A stretch of 43,038 bases of DNA from a virus (Duplodnaviria; Caudoviricetes): IMG/VR virus record IMGVR_UViG_3300025160_000010, positions 1-43,038 of that record. One strand, written 5' to 3'. The notes below the pieces were generated by a model. The model worked only from the letters and a program-made list of their open reading frames with translations, was not told the origin of the DNA and did not search any database. Below, piece after piece: positions 27,390 to 36,147 of the stretch. Every line of letters starts with the position of its first letter. Position 1 is the first letter of the stretch. The translations under genes and the position numbers were made by a program.

Positions 27390-27818
27390 ATGGAAACCAC
27401 GAAGATCCTCACACGCAGAGACGGAACGCTCGTGATCGAATGCCGCATCCCTCGATGGATGGACCGCCCGACGAAATACGACACTGGGCTGACAAATCTC
27501 CCGCCGCACCCCCTCATGTTTGCGGATCGTCCTGCCCAGGTCGGAGATGTGGGCTGTCTCGGAATCACTGAGGATTGGTCGCCGGATGCCTGCCGTGCCG
27601 GAGAGCATCGCCCACGGGCCTGGATGCTCCCTGGGGAGGACGGCATCCCTGGGAACTCGAACGGAAATATCACCCGCTGCCACGGCTGGCGGGGAACCAC
27701 GGATGATGCCAGAGTCGAGGCTCATGGTATTCGCCGGGTCGTCTCCATCACGCCAGTTTCTCGGGGATTGGGCTGGCGGGTTATCCTCTCGGCAGATTTG
27801 TCCCCAGAGACTCCGTGA
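27390..27818 (+). CDS. Hypothetical protein
   Basis: RBS plus ATG 27390; operon packing. Confidence 0.6.
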   Translation: METTKILTRRDGTLVIECRIPRWMDRPTKYDTGLTNLPPHPLMFADRPAQVGDVGCLGITEDWSPDACRAGEHRPRAWMLPGEDGIPGNSNGNITRCHGWRGTTDDARVEAHGIRRVVSITPVSRGLGWRVILSADLSPETP

Positions 27819-27819
27819 C

Positions 27820-28008
27820 ATGGCCAACATCATCGTCCGACTCCCCGAGGACCTGCACGATCTGGCCCGGATCGCCGCGGCCGCGAGGCGACGATCACTC
27901 AACGCCTGGATCGCCGACGCCATCCGGGCACACGTCCTGCGGCAGGCCCACCGGGACAAGACCGGCCCGGTAGCGGCCGCGCTGAACCAGCAGATCGCCA
28001 AAGGCTAA
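27820..28008 (+). CDS. Ribbon-helix-helix (Arc/HicB-type) DNA-binding protein
   Basis: IIVRLPEDLH...AAAARRRSLNAWIADAI. Confidence 0.85.
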   Translation: MANIIVRLPEDLHDLARIAAAARRRSLNAWIADAIRAHVLRQAHRDKTGPVAAALNQQIAKG

Positions 28009-28018
28009 TTCCTCACCC

Positions 28019-28036
28019 GCCCGGCTGACACCGGGC
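28019..28036 (+). other. CTGACA-loop hairpin 1
   Basis: GCCCGG-CTGACA-CCGGGC. Confidence 0.75.
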
Positions 28037-28058
28037 CCAACCGGAAAGGGGACTTCCG

Positions 28059-28667
28059 ATGATACACATGAAGCTCTGGACGGGAAGCAGATCGGCCCGC
28101 ATCACCGATATGACCAACGCCGGCAAGCGCGGCAAGGTCTGTCGAATCCTCCGAGTCTCCGGCACACCGTGGCAGCCTGGCAATTACGCTAACCTCACGA
28201 CGGATCAGCAAAACGCCCTTGACTGGTCCGACCGCGTTTTTTCCGCCTGCTATGTCATCTCCCGCGGCTGTGATTCTGATGGCCAAATCCTGCACCTGGA
28301 ATTCGACCAGGTCACGGCACCGATTCGCGCCCTCGTGACCGAGGCCCGGGCGTCAGGCATCCCGGAATGGGCATGCGCCGCCTATGACGAGACCTGCAAG
28401 GGCATCCATGCTCCACGGCCCATCCTGACGGCTGGCGTATCCGGGAAGTGGGGTGCCTCCGCGAACGAAACCGGAATCAGCCTGCGCCAGTACGATGACG
28501 TAAATGAATGGTCTCAAATCACCCCACACGACCAGACCGGACCCAGGGCCTATGAGCTGGCGGCGAAGGTCTGGGATCGGGTGAAGGCCTGCGACAAGAT
28601 GAGCCAAGCGGCGGACATCCTCCAGGCCGCCGGCTGCCGCCTCCATGGCTATTGCGCGATGGATTGA
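28059..28667 (+). CDS. Hypothetical protein
   Basis: 202 aa; AAAGGGG RBS. Confidence 0.7.
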   Translation: MIHMKLWTGSRSARITDMTNAGKRGKVCRILRVSGTPWQPGNYANLTTDQQNALDWSDRVFSACYVISRGCDSDGQILHLEFDQVTAPIRALVTEARASGIPEWACAAYDETCKGIHAPRPILTAGVSGKWGASANETGISLRQYDDVNEWSQITPHDQTGPRAYELAAKVWDRVKACDKMSQAADILQAAGCRLHGYCAMD

Positions 28668-28680
28668 ACGACGCCGCACC

Positions 28681-28710
28681 GACCCCGGCGGGCTGACACC
28701 TGCCGGGGTC
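28681..28710 (+). other. CTGACA-loop hairpin 2
   Basis: GACCCCGGCGGG-CTGACA-CCTGCCGGGGTC (one G-U pair). Confidence 0.8.
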
Positions 28711-28734
28711 CTCACCCAGGAGAGGAGACCTCCG

Positions 28735-29418
28735 ATGCGACTGTACGAAGAATTCAGACCGAAGACCCTGGATGACGTGATCGGGCAACCCAAGGCCGTG
28801 ACCCTGTGCAAGTCGCTGGTGGACCGGAAGGCGCTGGCCGGGCAAGCCCTCTGGATCTCCGGCCCGAGCGGGACCGGCAAGACCACGATCGCCCGGATTC
28901 TGGCGCGCGCGGTCGGCGGGACGTCGCTGACGATCACGGAATACGACGCCAGCGATGCCTTCGACCAGGTCCAGGTGGACGCCATCGGCCAGGAGCTGCA
29001 CCTCCGCTCCATGTTCGGGGCCAGGGTGTGGATCATCAACGAGGCCCACGGCCTCCGCAAGTGGATCATCCGCCAGCTCCTCGGTCTGCTGGAACGGCTG
29101 CCGGCGGATGCCCTGTTCATCTTCACGACCACCCAGGCGGGGCAGGCGGACCTCTTCGATGGCCAGGTGGACGCGGGCCCGCTCCTCTCCCGCTGCATCA
29201 AGATCCGGCTGACCGATCAGAATCTGTCCGAGCCCTTCGCCAAGCTGGCCCGAAAGATCGCCATGACCGCCGGCCGGAACGGGTTCGGGATCGAGGCCTA
29301 CCGACGGCTCGCCGATCGCTGCAAGAATAACCTGCGGGACATGATCCAGGCCATCGAAGCCGGGCAGATCGAAACCGAGGAAGAGGTCGAGGGAACGCAC
29401 AAGAAGTCCAAGCGATAA
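28735..29418 (+). CDS. Clamp-loader-clade AAA+ ATPase (DnaX/RFC-like core only)
   Basis: LYEEFRPKTLDDVIGQ, GPSGTGKTT, IINEAH, LLSRC. Confidence 0.85.
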   Translation: MRLYEEFRPKTLDDVIGQPKAVTLCKSLVDRKALAGQALWISGPSGTGKTTIARILARAVGGTSLTITEYDASDAFDQVQVDAIGQELHLRSMFGARVWIINEAHGLRKWIIRQLLGLLERLPADALFIFTTTQAGQADLFDGQVDAGPLLSRCIKIRLTDQNLSEPFAKLARKIAMTAGRNGFGIEAYRRLADRCKNNLRDMIQAIEAGQIETEEEVEGTHKKSKR

Positions 29419-29423
29419 GGCGC

Positions 29424-29453
29424 CCCCGGGCGATGCTGACACATCGCCCGGGG
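29424..29453 (+). other. CTGACA-loop hairpin 3
   Basis: CCCCGGGCGATG-CTGACA-CATCGCCCGGGG. Confidence 0.8.
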
Positions 29454-29481
29454 ACTTGCTCCACATGGAAAGGGGACTCCC

Positions 29482-29775
29482 ATGCAGAGCCAACCAGACT
29501 ATAACACGAAGGAGAATGAGAGCGCCATGATCGATACACCCGACATACTTGAGATCGCAGCCTCGAATCCCTTGAAACGGGGCGATCTGGTTTGGTGCGC
29601 TTGGTCTAGATGGGGAAAGCAGGCAGCGAAAATCCTCAATGATCCTAGGATCGGACGGCGCCTGAGCGTGATGAAGTGGAGCGCGAATGGCCACCGATGG
29701 ATCGGACCGATTCGCGTGCTTCCCAACGAGATCTTGGGCCGACGGCATCCTATGCCATTCGACCAAAGGAGTTAA
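29482..29775 (+). CDS. Hypothetical protein (SH3/Tudor-like)
   Basis: LKRGDLVW motif; start 29482 or 29527. Confidence 0.55.
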   Translation: MQSQPDYNTKENESAMIDTPDILEIAASNPLKRGDLVWCAWSRWGKQAAKILNDPRIGRRLSVMKWSANGHRWIGPIRVLPNEILGRRHPMPFDQRS

Positions 29776-29776
29776 C

Positions 29777-29911
29777 ATGGCCACGACAAAACGAACCGTC
29801 ACGGAATGCCGCTGCGATCGCTGCTCCCATATCTGGTTGCCCCGCAAGGGACAATTGCCTACAATATGCCCCCGGTGCAAGAGCCCGCACTGGAATGGAG
29901 GGAAAGGATAA
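29777..29911 (+). CDS. 44-aa Zn-finger protein
   Basis: CDRCSHIWLPR...CPRCKSPHW; AGGAG RBS; TAATG coupling to radical SAM. Confidence 0.75.
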   Translation: MATTKRTVTECRCDRCSHIWLPRKGQLPTICPRCKSPHWNGGKG

Positions 29912-30750
29912 TGGCCACGCCCCAGTTGAACCCGGACGGCATCAGCATCAAGGGCTGCTCGATGATCTACGCCCCGAACGGCCAGGCCGGCGAATACGCG
30001 CCCCTGGCCGCGAACCCGTACCGCGGCTGCGGGAACAGTTGCGCCTACTGCTACGTCCCCAAGGTCCTGAACATGGCCCGGACGGAATTCGACGCCGGCG
30101 CGATCCCGCGAGAGGGATACGCCGATGCCCTCATCAAGGATGCCCGGAAGTACCAGCTCCTCGGCATCACGGAACAGGTCATGCTCAGTTTCACCACGGA
30201 CCCCTACCACCCCGGGGATACCAGCCTGACCCGGCAGGTCCTGGGTCTCCTCAAGTTTTACGGCATGAGTATCTGCACACTGACCAAGGGTGGAGCCCGG
30301 GCCCTGCGGGACCTCGACCTCTTCCGCCCAGCGCGCGATGCGTTCGCCAGCACGCTCACCTCGCTGGACGACGACTTCTCGCGGAAGTGGGAGCGGGCCG
30401 CGGCCCTGCCCGGGGATCGCATCGCCACCCTGCGCCGGTTCCACAAGGCGGGGATCTTCACCTGGGTCAGCCTCGAGCCGGTGCTGGACACCGAGGCGAC
30501 GAAGCAGATCATCCGCGAGACACATAGCTTCGTGAACCTCTACAAGGTCGGGCGGGTCAACTACATCGGCCTGACCAGGACCACGAACTGGGAACGATTC
30601 ACGGGCGAGGTCCTGGAGGTGTTGCACCAGGTGGGCGCCGCCCATTATATCAAGCGGGACCTGCAACCGTTTCTCCCCCCGGGCTACCCCAACCTCAAGC
30701 GGGTTGCCCAGTATCACGTCCCCGCCCCTTCGCCGGCGGGATGCCGGTGA
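29911..30750 (+). CDS. Radical SAM protein (spore-photoproduct-lyase-like)
   Basis: NPYRGCGNSCAYCY (CxxxCxxC), FTTDPY, LTKG, WVSLEP. Confidence 0.9.
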   Translation: MATPQLNPDGISIKGCSMIYAPNGQAGEYAPLAANPYRGCGNSCAYCYVPKVLNMARTEFDAGAIPREGYADALIKDARKYQLLGITEQVMLSFTTDPYHPGDTSLTRQVLGLLKFYGMSICTLTKGGARALRDLDLFRPARDAFASTLTSLDDDFSRKWERAAALPGDRIATLRRFHKAGIFTWVSLEPVLDTEATKQIIRETHSFVNLYKVGRVNYIGLTRTTNWERFTGEVLEVLHQVGAAHYIKRDLQPFLPPGYPNLKRVAQYHVPAPSPAGCR

Positions 30751-31342
30751 ACACGAGCGCCGCATAGTACAGCTTGCCCGGGGACGGCCCAATCGCCTCC
30801 CACTGCTTGACGAATCTGACTCCGGCGCGCCGCGCAAACCCGGCCAGCGCGAGGCGCCGCAGATCGTCCGAGGCCGCCAGAGTGGCCGGGATCCGCCTCC
30901 CGGTGAAACCACAGAGGACCTGCATGGCACCGGGCAGCTCGCCAAATCGGGTCTTGAGGGTCGAACCGTCGGTGATCACCACGGCGCCGACCTCGTCGGC
31001 TTTCCAACACCGGCGCGCGGCCAGGATCATCATCTGCTCCCACGGGGAGCCGAAGGCATCCAGATCGAAGACATTGAAGGCCGTCAGGTCGAGACACCGC
31101 AGGAGGCGGCGGTTGTCACACACGAATCTGGAGGCCTCGGCGATGGTCCAGGGGGTGACGTCGCAGGGGACGTACTCCTGGGCATACTGCCAGACCGCCC
31201 GCCACAGGGAGCGCCCGCCACAAAATAAATCCAGCACGCGCGCCGGCTGAACCGCCTCCAGCACACGCTGGCGCAGTTCCACTTTGGCCGACAATGAGGC
31301 GGGATGATTCTCTCGCTTAGGACGTCCAGCCTTGGGACTCAC
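30695..31342 (-). CDS. SAM-dependent methyltransferase-like protein
   Basis: VLDLFCGG and FNVFDLDAFGSPW; GTG start with GGAGG RBS. Confidence 0.7.
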   Translation of the reverse strand: MSPKAGRPKRENHPASLSAKVELRQRVLEAVQPARVLDLFCGGRSLWRAVWQYAQEYVPCDVTPWTIAEASRFVCDNRRLLRCLDLTAFNVFDLDAFGSPWEQMMILAARRCWKADEVGAVVITDGSTLKTRFGELPGAMQVLCGFTGRRIPATLAASDDLRRLALAGFARRAGVRFVKQWEAIGPSPGKLYYAALVFTGIPPAKGRGRDTGQPA

Positions 31343-31907
31343 CGGCTGCGGCCTCCGTCGTGCCCACCTGGACCTCCACGCCATCGAGCGATTTCAGCGC
31401 GGCCACAAGTTTATCCAGGGCATGTCGCTGCTTCGGCAGCGGCCCGGTCACACTCATCCAGAACCGATCCGCGACCTCCGAGACATCCACCTCGGTCACG
31501 GACACCGCCTGCCCACCCTCACCGGCCCCGCTCTTTTCTTGCCCGGGAATCTCCATGCCCCAATCGGCCAGCGGGAGATCCGCCCACTCTTTCGCGATCG
31601 CGTCCCAATCGAATTCACCGTTGTTGATATTATCCCGAACGGTGATCTCCCGCTCTTTTTCCTCAGTGAGGCCTTCAATCAAATGGGTGGGAGCTTTCCG
31701 CAATTTGACGTATTTGGCTGCTTCATACCGCTTGTTGCCCGCAATGATGATCAATTCCCCGGTACGATTCGACAGGATCAAAGGCCTGGCCTCAAAGTAC
31801 TCCCCGTTCGCACGGATGGACTCACAAAGGATTTTGAATTGATGATCTCGAATGACCCGGGGATTCTTGGCGAGCTGCTTTAGCTCGGACAGCTTTCGAT
31901 ACTCCAC
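31317..31907 (-). CDS. ParB/Srx N-terminal domain protein
   Basis: KNPRVI...SI...RPLI...IIAGNKRYEAAK...RDN...GEFD. Confidence 0.85.
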   Translation of the reverse strand: MEYRKLSELKQLAKNPRVIRDHQFKILCESIRANGEYFEARPLILSNRTGELIIIAGNKRYEAAKYVKLRKAPTHLIEGLTEEKEREITVRDNINNGEFDWDAIAKEWADLPLADWGMEIPGQEKSGAGEGGQAVSVTEVDVSEVADRFWMSVTGPLPKQRHALDKLVAALKSLDGVEVQVGTTEAAAGESQGWTS

Positions 31908-31929
31908 CCCGCTATTCCTACCTTTCCCT

Positions 31930-32025
31930 AACCAGATTTTCCCAATTTTGCGCGTGCATGAATGAAACTACCCATTCGGTTACCAAGCGCTCGGCCACAA
32001 GGATTTTACCCCCCCTCCCCCCTCC
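31930..32025 (-). other. Putative cos/packaging-site region
   Basis: Non-coding gap downstream of HNH with a G-run then TAAAATC ... CACGCGCAAAATT, the usual position in HNH-assisted cos phages. Confidence 0.4.
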
Positions 32026-32149
32026 GTTTCTCACCTTGCCTTATACTCAACGACCCCCGCTCAAGGCCTATCCACCTACCGACCCCTGCCACCGATCAGT
32101 TCCTTGCCCCTGCCCTGGCCTCACCTACCGGCATCCTTGGGGCTGTCCA

Positions 32150-32386
32150 TTACTCCGCGAGGCTTACCCTTGGGATGAATTCAAAACAGCCATTCTCGGC
32201 CTCAACGACTGGCCAAGACGTAAAGTTCATAATGTTCACTCGACCATTCCCCTGGGGCACGGCCAGATTCGTAGGGAGGGGTGGGTGACGCTGGCATTTG
32301 AGTTTACTGGCCTTGAGATCGGTTGGATCTTTCAGCGGCGTCGCCGCTATACAATCTTTACACTTTCCAAAGACCGGATCACTCAT
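32150..32386 (-). CDS. Small Cys-rich protein
   Basis: CKDC...CQRHPP...WPVV...CFEF. Confidence 0.7.
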   Translation of the reverse strand: MSDPVFGKCKDCIAATPLKDPTDLKASKLKCQRHPPLPTNLAVPQGNGRVNIMNFTSWPVVEAENGCFEFIPRVSLAE

Positions 32387-32748
32387 CTACGCCACCTTTC
32401 CCCTTTGTGCTTCTCCTCATGGCAGGGATTGCACATGCTTTGCCAGTTCGTTTCATCCCAGAATAACTCGTAATTGCCATCGTGCGGGACGATGTGATCG
32501 ACCAGATAGACCGGCGTCACTCGGCCTTGGCGCTCGCATTCCGCGCACAGGGGATGCTTGGCCTTGAATACCTCGATCGCATCCCGCCAGCGGCTACTGT
32601 GGATCCAGGCGCGCCAGGGATCATCTCGTTCGCGCTTTGCATCGTAGTCCCGCTGGGTCTGGCGCTCATGCTCTGGGCAGTATCTCCCAGCCGTCAGTTC
32701 TCGACAACCCCGCCCCCACGCACAGGGATGCCGCGGCTTACTGGGCAT
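32383..32748 (-). CDS. HNH endonuclease (terminase-associated, gp74-like)
   Basis: HPLCAEC...VDHIVPH...NWQSMCNPCH. Confidence 0.93.
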   Translation of the reverse strand: MPSKPRHPCAWGRGCRELTAGRYCPEHERQTQRDYDAKRERDDPWRAWIHSSRWRDAIEVFKAKHPLCAECERQGRVTPVYLVDHIVPHDGNYELFWDETNWQSMCNPCHEEKHKGERWRR

Positions 32749-32756
32749 TGGCCTGC

Positions 32757-34544
32757 TCAGTCAAACAGCGCCTCGACCGCGCGCACCTCGCCGCTTGCAA
32801 TCACCACCAGCCGCCGCCCCTGCAACCGCTGCAGATAGGTATCTCGGGAGGATCGTTTGTATCCCGTCTTCTCCGACAGCACCTCCCGATCCACGCCCTT
32901 GGGGTATGCCTCTACGGCCACGCGCAGAATCTCTCCCTCTCCCTTGGGCAGCCGTGCCAGCCAGTGTTCCAGCAGTTCCCGCCCAGTAGGCAGCGGCTTG
33001 AAATCCGGACCTAGGGCATCGCCGCCGGCCTCGGTTGCCCTGAGAATCCCTCCGCCCTCTTCCACGAGACCGGCCTGCCGTAACCGTTGCAGATAGGTAT
33101 CACGGCTGCTTCGCCGATACCCGGTGAGGATGGTGAGCTGTTCCCGCGTGGCGCCCTCGGGGTACTGCGCCACAGCCGTCAAGATGCAGAGTTCCCCCTT
33201 CCCGATCCCATCCGGTCGGCTGGCTCTGTGGGGTTGCTCCCTCCGTACCGGCGTCGGCGCCACCGTAAAAGGCCGATTGTGCCGGACGTCCACCTGGACC
33301 TCGACATCCCCGCCCAGGGCCGCCTGCAGCCGCTTCAGAATCCTGCCACTTTCCTTGCGCAGGCGGTCAAACTCCCGATGGCGGTCCTGTGTCTTGCCCT
33401 CGAGCAGCCTGAGCGAGGTCTGCACGGCCCCATCGATGGCCTTCTGGATCGCAGCGGCATCCACGGACTCTCCCGCTTGCCCGAAGAAGTCTTGAGCATT
33501 GATTTGGATGACGAACTTGATTGCTTCCTCCAGGGCTCCCTTGAGCGCCTTGATCAGACCTGGGAGACGCGGATCGGCGGCCACTGCCGGTTGCGCCTTC
33601 TGCGCCTGGGCGATCACCCCTTTGAGCGATCGGATCTCCGTTCGCAGCTCGGCCTCGGTCCGGGCGCGCTCCTCGGCCTGCTTGGGGAGATCCGAGAGCT
33701 TGGGGAGCAGCGCCTTCACCTTCTCCGGCGGGGGCGGGGGCTCGAATCCGTGCTTGGAGTCCTGGATTTCGTGACTCGTTTGCACCGGCCCGACCTGGAC
33801 CAGGATCCGCTCTTTCGTGATGGCCCGGCCCAGGGCGTAGAAGTTCCCCGGCTCCAAGACTCGCATCTCCTTATCGAATGCCCTCCGATCCTCCTTTCGG
33901 ATGCTAAGAAGATCTGCCGCCCGCTTCAGGTCCACATCCTCGAACGTCGGTCCGATCAGACGATTATGCAGCTCCGCGCTGGCGTCCTTATCGATCTTCG
34001 CCAGGCGTTGCGTCGCCCACACAGCACAGAACCGTCGCTTGCGTCCGCGGGTGGGCAGGCTGATCATGGCGTCACGGGCCTCGCTCTCCCCCGCGCCCTT
34101 CTCTGGACAAAACATGTGCGCCTCGTCCACCATGACCACCGTCGGGCGCCACAGACTCTTCGGGGCATCGATCAAGGCTTCGAGGAACAGGCGCACCCAG
34201 CGATGGCGATCCAGGGGCTTCATCTCGTACAAGTCGCATACCGCCGAGGCGCGCAGCTCCAGCAGCCGCTGTGCCACCAGGGCCGCCGATCGCGTGTCCG
34301 CCGGCGTCTCGCCCCCCTTGCCCACCAGGACATATCCGTACTGCTCCCGCAAGGTGGCGAACTCGCCCTCGGGATCCAGGATCAGGACGGGGATCTTGCC
34401 AAAGAGCTGCTCCGCCAGCCGCCGGATCAGCCAGGATTTCCCGCCGCCGCTATTCGCCTGCACCAGCAGGCGCGTGCGCAGGAGGAGGTCCAGGTCGATC
34501 TCCACCCGCCGTTTGCCAGCATGGCCTAGGAGAATGCCGCTCAT
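32757..34544 (-). CDS. HerA/FtsK-like ATPase (DUF87) with C-terminal tandem winged helices
   Basis: ANSGGGKS, LDPEGEF, VDEAHMFCPE, RGRKR, ATQR; twin TGY(R/K)RSSRDTYLQRL. Confidence 0.88.
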   Translation of the reverse strand: MSGILLGHAGKRRVEIDLDLLLRTRLLVQANSGGGKSWLIRRLAEQLFGKIPVLILDPEGEFATLREQYGYVLVGKGGETPADTRSAALVAQRLLELRASAVCDLYEMKPLDRHRWVRLFLEALIDAPKSLWRPTVVMVDEAHMFCPEKGAGESEARDAMISLPTRGRKRRFCAVWATQRLAKIDKDASAELHNRLIGPTFEDVDLKRAADLLSIRKEDRRAFDKEMRVLEPGNFYALGRAITKERILVQVGPVQTSHEIQDSKHGFEPPPPPEKVKALLPKLSDLPKQAEERARTEAELRTEIRSLKGVIAQAQKAQPAVAADPRLPGLIKALKGALEEAIKFVIQINAQDFFGQAGESVDAAAIQKAIDGAVQTSLRLLEGKTQDRHREFDRLRKESGRILKRLQAALGGDVEVQVDVRHNRPFTVAPTPVRREQPHRASRPDGIGKGELCILTAVAQYPEGATREQLTILTGYRRSSRDTYLQRLRQAGLVEEGGGILRATEAGGDALGPDFKPLPTGRELLEHWLARLPKGEGEILRVAVEAYPKGVDREVLSEKTGYKRSSRDTYLQRLQGRRLVVIASGEVRAVEALFD

Positions 34545-35296
34545 CGCTCTAGCCTCTCCAATGCCCGCTTGACCGCCTTCGCCACGGCCCGGCCCATGGG
34601 GAGGGGGACGCCATTACCGATTGCGCTGATCTTCCCGGCCACTGTGAAGGGGCATTTATCCAAGTAGTCAGCCGGTAATCCTTGGCCTACCGCCGCCGCC
34701 GCCGCCGCCGCCTTGCGAGTCTTATACCCGAGGTCCCGCGCCTTGCTGATCCGTCCGCTGCTCTTTGGACGCCCGCTACCACCGATTCTGACGGGACGAT
34801 CCCTGCCACCTCCGCTCGCCAAGATCGCAGGCCCAGGGTCCGGACGATGCAGCGCCAGCCACTCGATCTCCAGCTTGAGGCCCTCGCGCGTCCCGAACGA
34901 GAAGCGGCGCACCCTCGAAGTCTCCCCACCAACATGCGCGTCGCAGACGAGTGCCCCACAGGTCACATAGCCCCCCACCAAGGGTAACGGTGCATTGGGG
35001 ACGTTTTCCATCAGGAACCATGTCGGAGCGGCTTCGCGCGCGCATCGCTCGAACTCCGGTATCAGGTTGTCGGCCACGCGATACCCGTTGTGCTCCACAA
35101 GGAATCGCAGTCGGCTGAACGCTTGACACGGCGGCCCCCCGATTACCCCGTCGAACTTCCCTGCGGGCGGGTGAAAGGTGCGGATGTCGCCGCCCCAGAG
35201 GAGGTCGGGACCACGAACGACGCAGAAGCCTTCCTGCTCGAAGGCCATATCAAGCAGGCCGATGCCTGGGAACAAGGATAGGACCAGACCGCTCAT
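34541..35296 (-). CDS. DNA (cytosine-5) methyltransferase
   Basis: LSLFPGIG, GGPPCQAFS, MENV, IGNGVP. Confidence 0.9.
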   Translation of the reverse strand: MSGLVLSLFPGIGLLDMAFEQEGFCVVRGPDLLWGGDIRTFHPPAGKFDGVIGGPPCQAFSRLRFLVEHNGYRVADNLIPEFERCAREAAPTWFLMENVPNAPLPLVGGYVTCGALVCDAHVGGETSRVRRFSFGTREGLKLEIEWLALHRPDPGPAILASGGGRDRPVRIGGSGRPKSSGRISKARDLGYKTRKAAAAAAAVGQGLPADYLDKCPFTVAGKISAIGNGVPLPMGRAVAKAVKRALERLER

Positions 35297-35520
35297 GCCT
35301 GGGCCCTCGTGAGGTTGGCGCTTATATCAGTAATCTCCACCACCGGCCCGCAGATCGGCGGGCCATTCACGCTCGATTGCCCATGGCCATAGTGCTCCGT
35401 CGGCCCCCGCCGGTATCCCAGGAGGACCTGGGCGCTGCACAGCTTCAGCCCGCAGCCGCAGCAGTGATAGACCTGGCGGGAGATATGCGCACCCCCGCAC
35501 AAGGAACACGCCCAGCTCAC
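35293..35520 (-). CDS. Small Cys-rich protein
   Basis: GTG start overlapping upstream stop; CSLC...CCGC...C. Confidence 0.5.
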   Translation of the reverse strand: MSWACSLCGGAHISRQVYHCCGCGLKLCSAQVLLGYRRGPTEHYGHGQSSVNGPPICGPVVEITDISANLTRAQA

Positions 35521-36047
35521 GCCGTCTTCTCCCGACCGCCCACCGCCCGCGCGTGGCGGACGAAGGCCACAGCGTTGTCGAAGCCCAGCCACATCCGGAT
35601 GCCCTCGGCCACCAGTTCCCGCTCCGCCACGTTGAGGCCACAGACCTGACAGCCGTTGTCCCGCTGCTTCGGGGGCTTCACCACCGCCGGGGTTTGCTTC
35701 CGTCGCGGCCTCCCAGCGGGCCGGCCTTGGCGTTTCTTCGGCAACTCTGCCCCATCTGGCCGGGCCTTGCAGGTCTTCTTGTGCTCGCTCAGGTTCGCCC
35801 GCAGCTTGTGGCACCATGGACACTCGACCCGATTCCCTTTCACGCTCATGGCCGTCTCCTCCGACGCTCTGCGCTCTGCGCCTGCCCTGTGGGAGTGCGA
35901 CCCTTCTCCAACAGGGCGAGGCTCTTTGCGCTCCTCCACCGGATACTGCGGCCCCAGGTCCCGACAGCCCGCGCAATAGGGCGAGTCCGGAATGAACTGC
36001 GTCGGGTGCCGCTCCTGACGACAGCCAGGGCAGGGGCGAGCCTTCAT
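35517..36047 (-). CDS. Multi-Zn-finger hypothetical protein
   Basis: CPGC/CAGC, CPWC...H...C, CQVC. Confidence 0.55.
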   Translation of the reverse strand: MKARPCPGCRQERHPTQFIPDSPYCAGCRDLGPQYPVEERKEPRPVGEGSHSHRAGAERRASEETAMSVKGNRVECPWCHKLRANLSEHKKTCKARPDGAELPKKRQGRPAGRPRRKQTPAVVKPPKQRDNGCQVCGLNVAERELVAEGIRMWLGFDNAVAFVRHARAVGGREKTA

Positions 36048-36147
36048 GGCCACTCTCGCCACCCATAGCCAATTGAGCCAGCCATTCCGCGACACCACCG
36101 CCACAGGATGCCAGCCCACGCCTGAATACGTCCGAGACCATAAACAA

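Noticed and set aside
27820-28008. HicAB toxin-antitoxin pair
   Set aside because: Only an RHH domain; no recognisable HicA neighbour
28519-30945. 808-aa minus-strand ORF
   Set aside because: Shadow of the plus-strand AAA+ and radical SAM genes
34690-34712. (CGC)7 tract in the C5 methylase as a phase-variation switch
   Set aside because: A trinucleotide unit keeps the frame and only changes poly-Ala length
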